Source: a bacterium (GTDB lineage Bacteria > UBA8248). Taken from it: a stretch of 64,000 nucleotides of DNA. The stretch covers positions 96,001 to 160,000 of the forward strand of contig OY843592.1 of assembly GCA_963692865.2 (NCBI GenBank), read 5' to 3'. Numbering within the stretch: position 1 is the stretch's first letter; each line of letters begins with the position of its first letter. Positions 1-10,862 of the stretch are shown here, piece by piece. The notes under the pieces were generated by a model. The model ran no database searches. It was not told the origin of the DNA and saw only the letters and a list, made by a program, of their open reading frames with translations. Position numbers and translations under genes: made by a program.

Positions 1-459
1 CGGTTGAGTGGCAACCAATTCTCTAACAGCTTTAATGAGTTCTTCAATACTCTTCACATTTCCAGCACCATCCAGATGGTCGTTCTTGTCAAGCGCTTGA
101 ACAACAAACGGCTTTGCCACATCATCCTTCAGACGATTTGTTAGGAAATCACAGAGTTTATCAGCTTGCTCCGGATACTTAGTCCAAAGAATAATAAAAT
201 AAGGTCCAGATGGTTTAAGAGTATCCTCTATCAATCCGCCAATCGTACTGAAGTCCCTAGCGTGGTCAGTTGCAGAGCCATCATTGAGATGGAGGTCAGC
301 AAAGATGACTCTGACATGCGGGCATTCGCAAACACTCTCTGTTTCCCCAGTGAAATGAATGGGGAGACACGCAACGCCATAGGTGTTGAGGCCCCTCGTC
401 AAACCATCAAGATGTTTGGGTTCGTCGTCAATCGCTACAATACGAGGAGCTGGCAACAT
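1..459 (-). CDS. Receiver (REC)-like domain protein, runs off left edge
   Basis: Not in ORF track. ATG at 459 overlaps the upstream TGA (TGATG). Reads MLPAPRIVAIDDEPKHL...VRVIFADLHL...FIILWT, a receiver-type pattern; open to position 1. Confidence 0.75.
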   Translation of the reverse strand, partial: MLPAPRIVAIDDEPKHLDGLTRGLNTYGVACLPIHFTGETESVCECPHVRVIFADLHLNDGSATDHARDFSTIGGLIEDTLKPSGPYFIILWTKYPEQADKLCDFLTNRLKDDVAKPFVVQALDKNDHLDGAGNVKSIEELIKAVRELVATQP

Positions 460-2630
460 CACTTCACTTCCTTCTTGAAGATTAAAGTAACAACCGCACC
501 GTCGAATTCGTCAGGAATCTCAACCTCTCCCGGTTCCGGGAACGCAAGTTGTCCTCCGTTCAATTCCATCGCCAGGATTGCATAATACAGACCCAGTCCC
601 ATGCCTTCCGGCTTTCGCGTGAAGAATGGTCGCACAAGATGCTCAGGATCATCTCCTTGAAAACCGACACCATTGTCGGCGACGATAATCGCCGGTCCAG
701 CATCGAAATCGTGTGAAACATCGATATAAAGCTTTCGCTCAGGCGGTTCGTTCTTAGCCGACATGTTTGGCCATCTCACGCGAAGCCAGTAGAGTGCGTT
801 GTCTATTAGATTGTTCAGTGCTCCCAAAACCAAGCTGAATGCAAATCGGGATTCGAACCCATCGGCACTATCTTGCAGCAAAGGGCAGACGAGTTTAATT
901 CTATGATATCGAAAGCGCAGCATGTTGAATTGGCGCGCAGCATTCACTAGCTTCTTTGCGCTGTGGTGTTGCTTGCTGTCTCGTCGAAGTAATGTTGCGA
1001 AACCATCGAGAAGATGCATGAGATCACGGGCCTGACGAGCAGCACTCTCCATGTCCGTTCCTTCTGCAATAACTCGATGGAGTGCCCTCACGCCACGTTC
1101 TATTTCATGAAATACAACAGCCAGATTCAAACCGGACATGCCAGCAGAAAGCAGCGTTTCCTGCATGCTTTTGTAATTGTTCTCAATTTGGACAAGGTAA
1201 TTCTCGAATTTCTCCCGAACTCCCTGTCGTTCGAGTTCGCGCCTCATTTCTTGTATTGGTTTCTCTATTTTGGCGGTGATAGGATCATCGGGCCTATCTG
1301 TCAATTTTCTGATGCGCTCTTTGTCAAATTGACGTTCTTCTTCAAGAGCAGCAAGTGTACCCAGAACAATGCGACGGAGTTCTTGACACGCTTCGTTTTC
1401 CACAAAGCCCTCGCGGTTGGTCTTTTCGATTAGTCCGGTGGACTCCTTGAGAGAGAGATGGATCGCCCCCAGAATTATGTTGTTGCTGATTCGGCGCGTC
1501 GGTATGTTCACGCGGCGAAGATCAAGACCGAGCCAGTCATCGCCACGCTCGCCATAGTTGTACACTCGAATGCCATCTCTATATACTCGCACACCACCCG
1601 CCTCGTCGAGATAGTCTTCCAGCAATCGAATGTTGGGTAATCGTCGGCGAACTTCCCGATCCCGGTCATAAACATTGAACTCTCCCTTCACAGAACCAAT
1701 GCCTTCGAAATCCGCCTCGTTGGCCACGACTTTCTTTTCCATCCGATCATCGCCCGACTTAGACGGAAGCTTCAATTGATCACCGGATTTTTGAACAATT
1801 CGGCTGTCGAGCTTGAAACCTGGTACTTGGCGGAATTCGTAGGTCCAGTCAAACTTGCCTTTATTAAGAAAGAACGAGAACTTCCAGATGGCTCGATCAA
1901 GAATTTCAGAAACGTCCGGCAGGTCAGTCGTCCATTCTTCTCGGCTAGGAACGTGCAGAATGGCCTCAAATCCACTCGGTTCTTCAAATGGTGAGCATAT
2001 GGATGTAATCTGATTATGAAGACGCCGAACCTCTCCGCGAGACCAGTCGGTTGTGCGTAATTCCCGAATTTGAATTTGGGTTCCAGTTTTCTCTCCCAGA
2101 AATACTTCTGGGCGGCGAACTATTATTGTTACAGGAGCTTCGTCGAGATATGGTCGCGTGATCAACTCATTCCAGTCTATTTCGACAATGTATTCGTCTG
2201 TGTTTCGAGCCCGCGTCACTAAAGTAATGTTGTTACCAAGTTTATGGACGGCAAACCGCCCCAATCCCTTTTCGCCAAGTGGAAGTCGACCATGTTTCGG
2301 CGTTCTTTTATCTGCTCGCCGTTGCTCCTGGCGATGGTTGTCACCAAGTACAAGCCAGACTGACTGAAGGGTATCAAGCGTCATCCCTTCCCCATCGTCA
2401 GTGACGGTGATCGTAGGGTCTTGCGAAGATTCAAGATCGAGGCAAATCGAAACTTTGTTGGCATCTGCGTCATAAGCATTCTTTACAAGTTCGAAGACAG
2501 CTAAGCGCGCGCTTCCAATCAGTTCGTCTCCGAGCAGTTGCAACAGTCTGCCTCTTGGCCGAAATGGCTGACTAATCTCATTCGATTTATTGTCGTTCAA
2601 ACGCGCGTCCCCCCGCTTGCTATGTGTCAT
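459..2630 (-). CDS. MORC/MutL-like GHKL ATPase fused to C-terminal histidine kinase
   Basis: N-terminal ELVKNAYDA, DDGEGM, GEKGLGR; C-terminal H-box VFHEI, N-box NNLIDNA, DNGVG, PFFTRK, GMGLGLY. Start ATG 2630 or TTG 2600. Confidence 0.85.
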   Translation of the reverse strand: MTHSKRGDARLNDNKSNEISQPFRPRGRLLQLLGDELIGSARLAVFELVKNAYDADANKVSICLDLESSQDPTITVTDDGEGMTLDTLQSVWLVLGDNHRQEQRRADKRTPKHGRLPLGEKGLGRFAVHKLGNNITLVTRARNTDEYIVEIDWNELITRPYLDEAPVTIIVRRPEVFLGEKTGTQIQIRELRTTDWSRGEVRRLHNQITSICSPFEEPSGFEAILHVPSREEWTTDLPDVSEILDRAIWKFSFFLNKGKFDWTYEFRQVPGFKLDSRIVQKSGDQLKLPSKSGDDRMEKKVVANEADFEGIGSVKGEFNVYDRDREVRRRLPNIRLLEDYLDEAGGVRVYRDGIRVYNYGERGDDWLGLDLRRVNIPTRRISNNIILGAIHLSLKESTGLIEKTNREGFVENEACQELRRIVLGTLAALEEERQFDKERIRKLTDRPDDPITAKIEKPIQEMRRELERQGVREKFENYLVQIENNYKSMQETLLSAGMSGLNLAVVFHEIERGVRALHRVIAEGTDMESAARQARDLMHLLDGFATLLRRDSKQHHSAKKLVNAARQFNMLRFRYHRIKLVCPLLQDSADGFESRFAFSLVLGALNNLIDNALYWLRVRWPNMSAKNEPPERKLYIDVSHDFDAGPAIIVADNGVGFQGDDPEHLVRPFFTRKPEGMGLGLYYAILAMELNGGQLAFPEPGEVEIPDEFDGAVVTLIFKKEVK

Positions 2631-2684
2631 TATGATATGTGACTTCCACTCTACCGGCAACGGAGGCACTTTGCTCCAGACGCG

Positions 2685-3089
2685 ATGACCGCAGGAGCCG
2701 ACTACGCCGCCGCGCGGGGCATGAAGATATACATCGAGCCCTACAACCGCTACGAGACGAACTTCATCAACACCGTGCGCCAGGGGATGGAATACGTGAA
2801 GGAGGAGAACCACGCAGGCCTCGCGCTGATGATAGACAGCTGCTGGATGAATTCCGAGGACGCCTCCATACCCGGAGCCGTCTTCGCCGCGCGCGAGTGG
2901 ATAGAATACGTGCACGTGGCCGATTCCACGCGCGGCTATCCGGGTTCGGCCCACATCCACTTCGGCGACTTCATCCGCGCGCTCAGGGAAATCGGCTACG
3001 AAGGCGTGCTCTCGGTGCAGATCGACCAGAAACCCGCCTTCCGGGTCGCGGCGGAGCGGAGCATCAGGCTGCTAAGGTGTTATTTGTGA
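2685..3089 (+). pseudogene. C-terminal half of a sugar-phosphate isomerase/epimerase (xylose-isomerase-like TIM barrel)
   Basis: IEPYNRYETNFINT, YVHVADSTRGYPGSAHIHF; only 134 aa, in-frame TGA upstream at 2640-2642. Confidence 0.75.
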
Positions 3090-3181
3090 AGCGAGGTTTT
3101 CGGACAGGAATCAGGTAACGGAGGAGACGGCGTGTACCCCCCGAGGCAGATACCGGGGTGAACCCGCACCACCCTTCTCTT

Positions 3182-3505
3182 CTAAATCGCACGCGGCAAT
3201 GCGGATTGGGGCGGTGGATCTTCCCTCGTGGGCAGAAGGCGGATATTATCGCCTGATTCTTTCTCGGCGCGGGCGAGTTCAAAATGCGCCTGCAGGTTGA
3301 GCCAGAACTCGGGTTCGACGCCGAACCAGTGGCCCAGACGCAGGGCCGTATCGCCGGTGATCGATCTCTTGCCGTTGATGATCTGACTCACCCTGTTGGG
3401 CGGTACGTCGATCCGGCGCGCGAATTCTGTGGGCGTAATGCCGAATTCGGCCAATTCGTCCTTCAATATCTCGCCGGGATGAACGGTTCGCTTCAACACC
3501 TGCAT
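3182..3505 (-). CDS. higA: HigA antitoxin
   Basis: VHPGEILKDEL, HTH, ITGDTALRL, FWLNLQ; follows higB. Confidence 0.92.
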   Translation of the reverse strand: MQVLKRTVHPGEILKDELAEFGITPTEFARRIDVPPNRVSQIINGKRSITGDTALRLGHWFGVEPEFWLNLQAHFELARAEKESGDNIRLLPTREDPPPQSALPRAI

Positions 3506-3513
3506 CTCTCCTC

Positions 3514-3801
3514 TCATGAATGATAGTCCACAATCTCGACCCTGCTCGGTCCTGACTCTCCGTCCGGCCATTCGAAACAGATCCGCCATTGCCGGTTGAT
3601 GCGGATGGAATACTGTCCTTTCCGGTCTCCACTCAAGGCTTCCAGCCTATTGCTCGGCAAGGTCCTCAAGGTTTCGAGAGAAGGGGCCGCGTTCAAGATC
3701 GAGAGCCGCTTGGTGGCTTGCTGCTCGAAGCCTTGGAAGTCTTTTACGAATCGGCCACTGGCGAATCGCTCTGATTTCCTGTCCCGGTAACCAAGGATCA
3801 T
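3514..3801 (-). CDS. higB: HigB (RelE-like) toxin
   Basis: PSNRLEALSGDRKGQYSIRINRQWRICF...IVDYH. Confidence 0.93.
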   Translation of the reverse strand: MILGYRDRKSERFASGRFVKDFQGFEQQATKRLSILNAAPSLETLRTLPSNRLEALSGDRKGQYSIRINRQWRICFEWPDGESGPSRVEIVDYHS

Positions 3802-3809
3802 GGAAACTC

Positions 3810-3837
3810 ATTATAGATAATTGACGATGGACGTCAA
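3810..3837 (-). promoter_or_regulatory. sigma70 promoter of higBA with palindromic operator
   Basis: Minus strand TTGACG (3837-3832), 16 nt, TATAAT (3815-3810); palindrome TTGACG-N5-CGTCAA at 3821-3837. Confidence 0.75.
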
Positions 3838-3875
3838 GGGTAAATAGACTATGCGTCTGAGGCGCATCCACCCCC

Positions 3876-4340
3876 CTACTTCTCGCACTCGCCTTTCGCT
3901 AGTTTGGTGGCGATGTGGGCCGGAAAAGCGGGGAAAATCTCGATGACTCGCTTCTCCTTCTCGTCGCGCACGACGACGGTGTGGGAATGCCTACGCGACA
4001 GGAAAAACCCGGTGAGGCGGAATCGCCCGAAGGGCTGCCAGGTGAGGATGAAGGGGTAGGCCACGGATTTCTCCTTGTTGAATGGCCGCGAGATGAGGAG
4101 TTCCCCCTCGCCCCCGATGGGGTAGGCCAGCTTCTTGAACTCGCCCTTTTTGCGCTCCACCAGCCAGACGGCCAGGTCGCGCCCCTTGGCCGGCAGCGTG
4201 ATGCGAACTTTCTGCTCCACCTTGTAGCCGTTCAGGATGGTGTAGCTCACCCGGCAGTTGAACACGCTTTCCACGTTCGTCTCCGCTGCGGCGGAAACAC
4301 AAGAGGCGAGCACTGCAATGACACAGGCGATGCGCTTCAT
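3876..4340 (-). CDS. Secreted hypothetical protein
   Basis: Signal peptide MKRIACVIAVLASCVSAAA; host-like codon usage. Confidence 0.65.
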   Translation of the reverse strand: MKRIACVIAVLASCVSAAAETNVESVFNCRVSYTILNGYKVEQKVRITLPAKGRDLAVWLVERKKGEFKKLAYPIGGEGELLISRPFNKEKSVAYPFILTWQPFGRFRLTGFFLSRRHSHTVVVRDEKEKRVIEIFPAFPAHIATKLAKGECEK

Positions 4341-4536
4341 CCTGAAACCTCGGAAATGGAGAGGGCACATCCTGCGACAGCGAACAGGTCGTATTATGAA
4401 CGATTCAAGGGGATGATTTCCAGAGGGGGCGTTCACTCCCCGCTACTCAATGTCGCATAATAGCCATCGGCACACACCATGGAATAACTCCAAAAGAGGC
4501 TACGGCCTTTTGATTACCAAGTGAACCGAAAAGGAG

Positions 4537-5370
4537 TTGAAATTGAATCTCTACCACTACTGCTCACAGGAAGCGTTTCTCTCGATCATCCGCACACGCA
4601 CATTTTGGTGTTCAGCGCTTTCGTTGTCGAACGACACGATGGAGGGAAGGTGGATACGCAAAATATTCTCCGATATTTGTGATAAAGATAAAAATGGCCT
4701 AGAGGAACACAATAAAAACCGGGTACTAAAAATGCTTGGTAGTTGGGAGGTCTATTGTGAAGGTCTTGGGTTCTGCCTTTCAAAACATCCTGATTCACTG
4801 AGCCAGTGGAGAGGCTATGCGCAAGATGCCGAGGGCTTTTGCATAGGTTTTTCCAAAGAAAAGCTAAAGGAACTAAAAGAGAAAACACGTGACGATAATG
4901 AGGATAACGAACCTAGCTTTACTTTATTTGAAGTGAACTATGATATTACACGCCAACAAAAAAACCTCAAGCCAGCCTATCAAAAAATCAAGGAAATCAT
5001 TGAAAGTGGAGAAGAACCTATCGGGCCAGATCATTTATCGGGAACAATAGGATTGGAAGTTACAAAGATCCTTTCAGAAGTTTTTCGACAGAAGAATCCG
5101 GCTTTCCAAGAAGAGAAAGAATGGAGAATTCTGTCAATTTTTCACAAGCTCGATCCTAGCGATGTCAAGTTCCGAACCGTCGGTAATCGCATCGTACCTT
5201 ATCGGCCATTCAGATTTGACCGTGAAACAATTAGCGAGGTTGTCCTGGGACCAAAGAACCAAACTCCAAAAGATATTGTTAAAAGCGTTCTAAACAAATT
5301 CGGATACCCTTTAAGGAATGGTCCTGATCAAGGGGTGGAGGTAAAGAAATCCGAAGCGTCTTACCGATGA
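4537..5370 (+). CDS. DUF2971 family protein
   Basis: LYHYC, SNDTMEG, CLS..DSLSQWRGYA, KNPAFQEEKEWR; low GC. Confidence 0.85.
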   Translation: MKLNLYHYCSQEAFLSIIRTRTFWCSALSLSNDTMEGRWIRKIFSDICDKDKNGLEEHNKNRVLKMLGSWEVYCEGLGFCLSKHPDSLSQWRGYAQDAEGFCIGFSKEKLKELKEKTRDDNEDNEPSFTLFEVNYDITRQQKNLKPAYQKIKEIIESGEEPIGPDHLSGTIGLEVTKILSEVFRQKNPAFQEEKEWRILSIFHKLDPSDVKFRTVGNRIVPYRPFRFDRETISEVVLGPKNQTPKDIVKSVLNKFGYPLRNGPDQGVEVKKSEASYR

Positions 5371-5433
5371 GAGACTTTCGCGCCCGATGAGTTCTCTATC
5401 TTTCCTCAACTAATGGTACCCCCCTCTTTTAAC

Positions 5434-5465
5434 AAAATCGCCCCGGGATTTTGACTCCGGGGCGG
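5434..5465 (-). terminator. Intrinsic terminator between convergent genes
   Basis: CGCCCCGG...CCGGGGCG stem followed by a T-run on the minus strand. Confidence 0.6.
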
Positions 5466-5483
5466 TTCGTCCTGTGAGATGCT

Positions 5484-6161
5484 TCAAGCGTTTTTGTTCG
5501 GGTCCTGGGCGTCGGGTTCGGGGTATTCATCCGGCCAGTGGTCGACCATCGTCTTGTAGTAGGTCTTGACCTTCCCGCCGTCGAGGTGAAGGGATTTCTT
5601 GATCTTGTCGACCTCGCGCTGTTCCTCGAGCGGGATGCCGAGCGAATCCATGTAGCGGTTGAAGAGGTTGAACAGCCCGCTCACCATCGTGAGTTCGACG
5701 ATCTCGGCTTCGGAGAAATGCTTGCGCACCTCCTCGAACACATCGTCTCTCGAACGCGCGGTGTTGAGCGTAACGTGCTCCGCCCACAGGATGGCCGCCT
5801 TCTCGCGCGGGGTGAACAGATCCGATTCCATGTAGGCGTCGGTGCCGATGACCTCCACCTGTTCTTCGCTGATGCCGGCCGCTTGACCAAGCGACGTGTT
5901 GTGCGCGTATCAGTAGGCGCACCCGTTGAGATGGCTCGTCTTGATGACCACCATCTCCTTGACCTTGGACGTGAGCACGCTGCCCCCGCCCTCGCGCTGG
6001 AGCGTCGCCACGAAGGGCAGCATGGCCTTGGCGACGTGGGGGGTTTTGGCCAGCACCCGCATCGAATGCGGCACGCGGCCCAGCATGGCGGTGGTGGCCT
6101 CATAGAAGCGGCCCACGTCGGCGTCCGCCTCCTCGGGCTGAATCATTTCTATTCTGGACAT
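5484..6161 (-). CDS. AhpD/carboxymuconolactone decarboxylase-family selenoprotein (CxxU)
   Basis: ORFs 5910-6263 and 5484-5858 share a frame joined by TGA at 5912-5910: TSHLNG-C-A-Y-U-YAHN. Start ATG 6161 with GGAG RBS. Confidence 0.85.
5878..5895 (-). promoter_or_regulatory. Putative bacterial SECIS hairpin
   Basis: GUCGCUU-GGUC-AAGCGGC, 14 nt after the in-frame UGA. Confidence 0.6.
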
Positions 6162-6271
6162 ATCGGAACTCTCCTGTTTCGCACCTCCCATGAAAGCATG
6201 GGCGCCTTGTTCATCATCGGCCGCCTTCATCGTTCGGTGAAAAGCAGCCGCATTCGCTTTCAATCCCTCTA

Positions 6272-6870
6272 TTATGACTCATCCGCCGCCTCGCGGGCCA
6301 GCCACGCGCGGAACTCCGCAAGGGCCAGCCCCCGGTGGCTGACGCGGTTCTTGACTTCGAGCGCAAGCTCCGAGACGGCGCAGCCCTGCTCGGGCAGATA
6401 CATGAGCGGGTCGTAGCCGAAACCACCCTCTCCTCCGGGGGTGCGAAGTATCCGCCCGCCCAGCGCGCCCTCGAAAAAACCGAACCATCCATCCGGCTTA
6501 ACGTATGCCAGCACGCATACATAGCGCGCGCCTCGCTCTGCCTCGGGCACGTCGCGCATCCTTTCGAGCAAGAGCGCGTTTCGCCCCGAATCGTCCAGCC
6601 CCTCGCCGCCGAAGCGCGCGGAGCGAACGCCCAACTCGCCCGGCAGCGCGTCCACCTCCACGCCGGAATCATCGGCGAGCGCGGGAAGGCCGCTCGCCTC
6701 GCACGCGGCCCGCGCCTTGATGAGCGCGTTTTCCGCGTAGGTGGAGCCGGTTTCTTCGACCTCGAACCGGAACCCCGCCTCATCGGGGAGAAGCAGCTCT
6801 ACCTTCATCCCCTCGAGGGCGGCGCGCACCTCGCGCGCCTTTCCGGGATTTCCGCTTGCGAGGACGATTC

Positions 6871-6874
<4 letters not shown>
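6272..6874 (-). CDS. rdgB: Non-canonical purine NTP pyrophosphatase RdgB/HAM1
   Basis: MRIVLASGNPGK, ADDSG, GFGYDP, SHRG; ATGA overlap with rph. Confidence 0.95.
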
Positions 6875-7608
<734 letters not shown>

Positions 7609-7709
7609 GCTTTCTCCATATCGAAAACGAACCACTTTTCAGACGCAGAGGATACTACGGGGATTCGATGCGCGAATCCAGAGGAAAAGGATGAATCCCG
7701 CCAGCGGTC

Positions 7710-10700
7710 TTACGCGGCGGGCGCCGTGTATTTCGTCTCGCGCAAACCAACGGCGCGCCTTAAACTCCGGACGAAGTTCTGGGCCGCGAGATAGATGCAC
7801 GGCACCAGGAAGAGCGTGAACAAGGTGGAAAGCGAGAGTCCGCTCAGCACGACCAGCCCCAAGGGCTTGAGCATCTCCGAGCCCTTTCCCCAGCCGCTCG
7901 CCAGAGGCGTCAGCGCGATGATGGTGGTGAGCGTGGTCATGAGAATCGGGCGCAGTCTCGTCGATGCCCCCTCGATGATGGCTTCCCTTATCTCCATCCC
8001 GCGCTCTCTCAAGCGTTCGACGTAGTCGATCATCACGATGGAGTTGTTCACCACGATGCCCACCAAGAGGATGACGCCGATGAGCACCGTCGAGCCGAAA
8101 GGCGTACCGGTGAGGTAGAGACCCAGGAGCGCGCCGGTGAGCGCGGGCGGCACGGCGAAGATGATGACCAAGGGGTTTACGAGCGAGTCGTACTGAACGG
8201 CAAGCACCGTGTAGACCAGGAAAATGGCGAGAAGCGCCAGGATAAAGAGTTCGCGGTTCGATTTCTTCAGGTTCTCCTCATCCTCGCCCGGCAGGATGAA
8301 GTAGCCCCTCGGCACGTTGACTTCTTTCAGGCGCGTGCGCACGTCCGCGCCCACGTCACCCAGCGAGCGGCCCTGTATGTCGCCCGTTATCTGGATGAGG
8401 CGGTTCTGGTCCGTGCGTGGGATGACCGAACTACCCTGCCCGTAGCGGATATGCGCCACGTGGTGCAAGCGCGTGGAGCGTCCGTTCCGGTTCTGGGGAA
8501 ACAGGGGCAGTTGCGCCAGATCCTGCTCGCTCTTGATCTCGGTGTCCGAGAACTTGACCCGCACCGGCACGCGCGTATCCACCCGGTTGATGAACGTGGC
8601 GATGGAGCCATCCACCGCCGTGGCCACGGTGTCGCCCACATCCTCGACGGAGAGGCCGAGTTCCGCCGCGCGCTCCCTGTTCACCTGGATGCGGAACTCG
8701 GGCCGGGGCCTGTCCTCGGTCATCTGCACGTTGTGCAGCCCCTCCACCCCCTGGAGCTTCTCGACGACTTCTTCCGCGATGCGGTTGAGCGTGGTCAGAT
8801 CCTCTCCCCGAACGCCCAGGGAGAAGCTCTTGTTGTGCCGGGTGTTGGAAGTGCGAAGGCCGCGCACCCGGCTCTTGAAGGCGTAAATCCGAGCATCGGG
8901 ATACGTCATCCGCGCGAGCCGGGGCCTTAACTTTCCGAGGTATTCGAACACGCTCACGCCGTCTTTGAGCGTCACGTCGATTCTCCCCCGGGAGGCGGAG
9001 GGCGAGAAGTTGCGCCCGAAAAGACGCCCCCCCGCCGTGGCGAACACCTTGTCGACGGCAGGGTCGCGCACGAGCATGTCGTGAATCTCTCGCGTCACCT
9101 GCTTGGTGTATTCCAGGGTGCCGCCCGGAGAGAAGCGGATGTCGACCGAGATGCGCCCGTCGTCCACCTGGGGCAGGAGTTCGTTGCCCAACCTGCCGAT
9201 GAGCGTGTAGCTACTCGCGCAGACGGCGAGGGCGAGGATGATGACGACCCAGCGGAGAGTGAGAACCGGCCTCAAGAGAAAGCGGTAGAACCGGTTGACC
9301 AGATTGACGAGCCAGATGAAAAGGCGGAAGAGCGGAAAGCGGCTGAAGCCGCTGCTCATCGGGATCTGCAGGAGACGGGCGGATAGCATGGCCACGACCG
9401 TAAGGCCGACCATGAGGCTGCATATGAACGCCAGGGTGATGGTGAGTATCAACTCGCGGAACAGTAGCGCCACGTAGCCCGATACCAGCAGAAACGGCAT
9501 GACGGCGGCCACGTTCGTGAGCGTGGAGGCCACCATTGCGCTCTCCACCTCGGCGGAACCGCGCTCCGCCGCCTCCACGGGGTCGCCTCCTTCCGCCTGA
9601 TGGCGCGAAATGTTCTCGAGCATGACGATGGCGTTGTCCACGAGCATGCCCACGCCGAGCGCCACCCCGCCCAGGCTGAATATATTGAAGGTAAAGCCGA
9701 GCACCCACATGAGGAAAAACGTGAAGACGGAAGCGACCGGGATCGCCAGGCCGATGATGAGCGTGCGCCTGAGACTCCCCAGGAAGCAGAGCACCACCAG
9801 GATCGCCAAGGCGCCGCCCACCAGGGCGGAGGAGAGGACGTTCCTGATCGAGGCGCGTATGAAGAAACTCTGATCCGAAATCGGGACGAGGGTGACGTCG
9901 GGCGGCACGATTCCGTAGCGCGTCAGGAAGGCGAGTCTGTCGCGCAGCCCGTCCACGACGGAGACCGTGTTCGCGTCCGGCTGCTTCAAAGCCACCACCT
10001 TGACGCTCTCATCGCCGTTCAGCCACACGAAGATGCGCCTCTCCTTGCCGGCGTCCTGAACCTTGGCGAAATCGCGCAGATAGACCCGGCGGCCGTCCTT
10101 CGTGGGGAAGATCAGGCGCGAAAGCTCGCCCGCGCTCTTGAGCTTGCCCGCCGTACGGCTCGAATACTCCCGGTGGGGGGTCTTCACCCGTCCGGCGGCC
10201 AGGTCCATGTTCTCGGCGCGCATCCTTCTCAGGACGGCGGGCAGGTCGAGCCCCAGACCCTGCATCCTCGGCAGATCGACGAGCACCTGCACCTCCTCGT
10301 CCTGGCCGCCGAACGCCTCCACCGAGGCGATTCCGGGGACGGTCATAAGCTGGGGGATGAGCACCTTCCGCGCCCAGGTCTGAAGCTGCGGTCCTTTCAG
10401 GGTCTTGGAAGAAAGCGCGTATTCGATGATGGGCACCTGCGCCGGGTCGGACTTGAAGATTCGCGTGTTCTGGAGTTGATCCTGTATCTCTTGCGGCAGG
10501 TTTCTTCTGGCGACGTTGAATTTGGTGATGGCGTCCTGGAGCGCGAGATCGATGTCGCGGTCGAAGTCGAAGAACATCCACAGGCGCGCGGCGCCCTCGC
10601 GGCTGATCGAGAAGATGCGCACCACCCCCTGCGTGGTCGCGAGTTCGCGCTCCACCACCTTGGTGACCTGCTCCTCGACCACCTTGGGATCGGCCCCCTC

Positions 10701-10850
10701 GAAATCGATGCCGATGAATATCCGCGGATAAACGATCCTGGGCAGAAAATCGACCGGCAGCCGCGTGAGCGCGAAAAAGCCGAGCACCAGCGCGCAGACC
10801 ACGCCCATGATGGTTCCCACGGGCCTCCGGATGCAACTCCGGCTCAGCAT
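7710..10850 (-). CDS. RND efflux permease (AcrB family)
   Basis: 1046 aa; GMLVDNAIV, GIVVNNSI, RLRPILMTT. Confidence 0.95.
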   Translation of the reverse strand: MLSRSCIRRPVGTIMGVVCALVLGFFALTRLPVDFLPRIVYPRIFIGIDFEGADPKVVEEQVTKVVERELATTQGVVRIFSISREGAARLWMFFDFDRDIDLALQDAITKFNVARRNLPQEIQDQLQNTRIFKSDPAQVPIIEYALSSKTLKGPQLQTWARKVLIPQLMTVPGIASVEAFGGQDEEVQVLVDLPRMQGLGLDLPAVLRRMRAENMDLAAGRVKTPHREYSSRTAGKLKSAGELSRLIFPTKDGRRVYLRDFAKVQDAGKERRIFVWLNGDESVKVVALKQPDANTVSVVDGLRDRLAFLTRYGIVPPDVTLVPISDQSFFIRASIRNVLSSALVGGALAILVVLCFLGSLRRTLIIGLAIPVASVFTFFLMWVLGFTFNIFSLGGVALGVGMLVDNAIVMLENISRHQAEGGDPVEAAERGSAEVESAMVASTLTNVAAVMPFLLVSGYVALLFRELILTITLAFICSLMVGLTVVAMLSARLLQIPMSSGFSRFPLFRLFIWLVNLVNRFYRFLLRPVLTLRWVVIILALAVCASSYTLIGRLGNELLPQVDDGRISVDIRFSPGGTLEYTKQVTREIHDMLVRDPAVDKVFATAGGRLFGRNFSPSASRGRIDVTLKDGVSVFEYLGKLRPRLARMTYPDARIYAFKSRVRGLRTSNTRHNKSFSLGVRGEDLTTLNRIAEEVVEKLQGVEGLHNVQMTEDRPRPEFRIQVNRERAAELGLSVEDVGDTVATAVDGSIATFINRVDTRVPVRVKFSDTEIKSEQDLAQLPLFPQNRNGRSTRLHHVAHIRYGQGSSVIPRTDQNRLIQITGDIQGRSLGDVGADVRTRLKEVNVPRGYFILPGEDEENLKKSNRELFILALLAIFLVYTVLAVQYDSLVNPLVIIFAVPPALTGALLGLYLTGTPFGSTVLIGVILLVGIVVNNSIVMIDYVERLRERGMEIREAIIEGASTRLRPILMTTLTTIIALTPLASGWGKGSEMLKPLGLVVLSGLSLSTLFTLFLVPCIYLAAQNFVRSLRRAVGLRETKYTAPAA

Positions 10851-10862
10851 GGAGCCTCTCCT

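Noticed and set aside
2631-2960. N-terminal extension of the 833-aa ORF
   Set aside because: Antisense shadow of the epimerase fragment.
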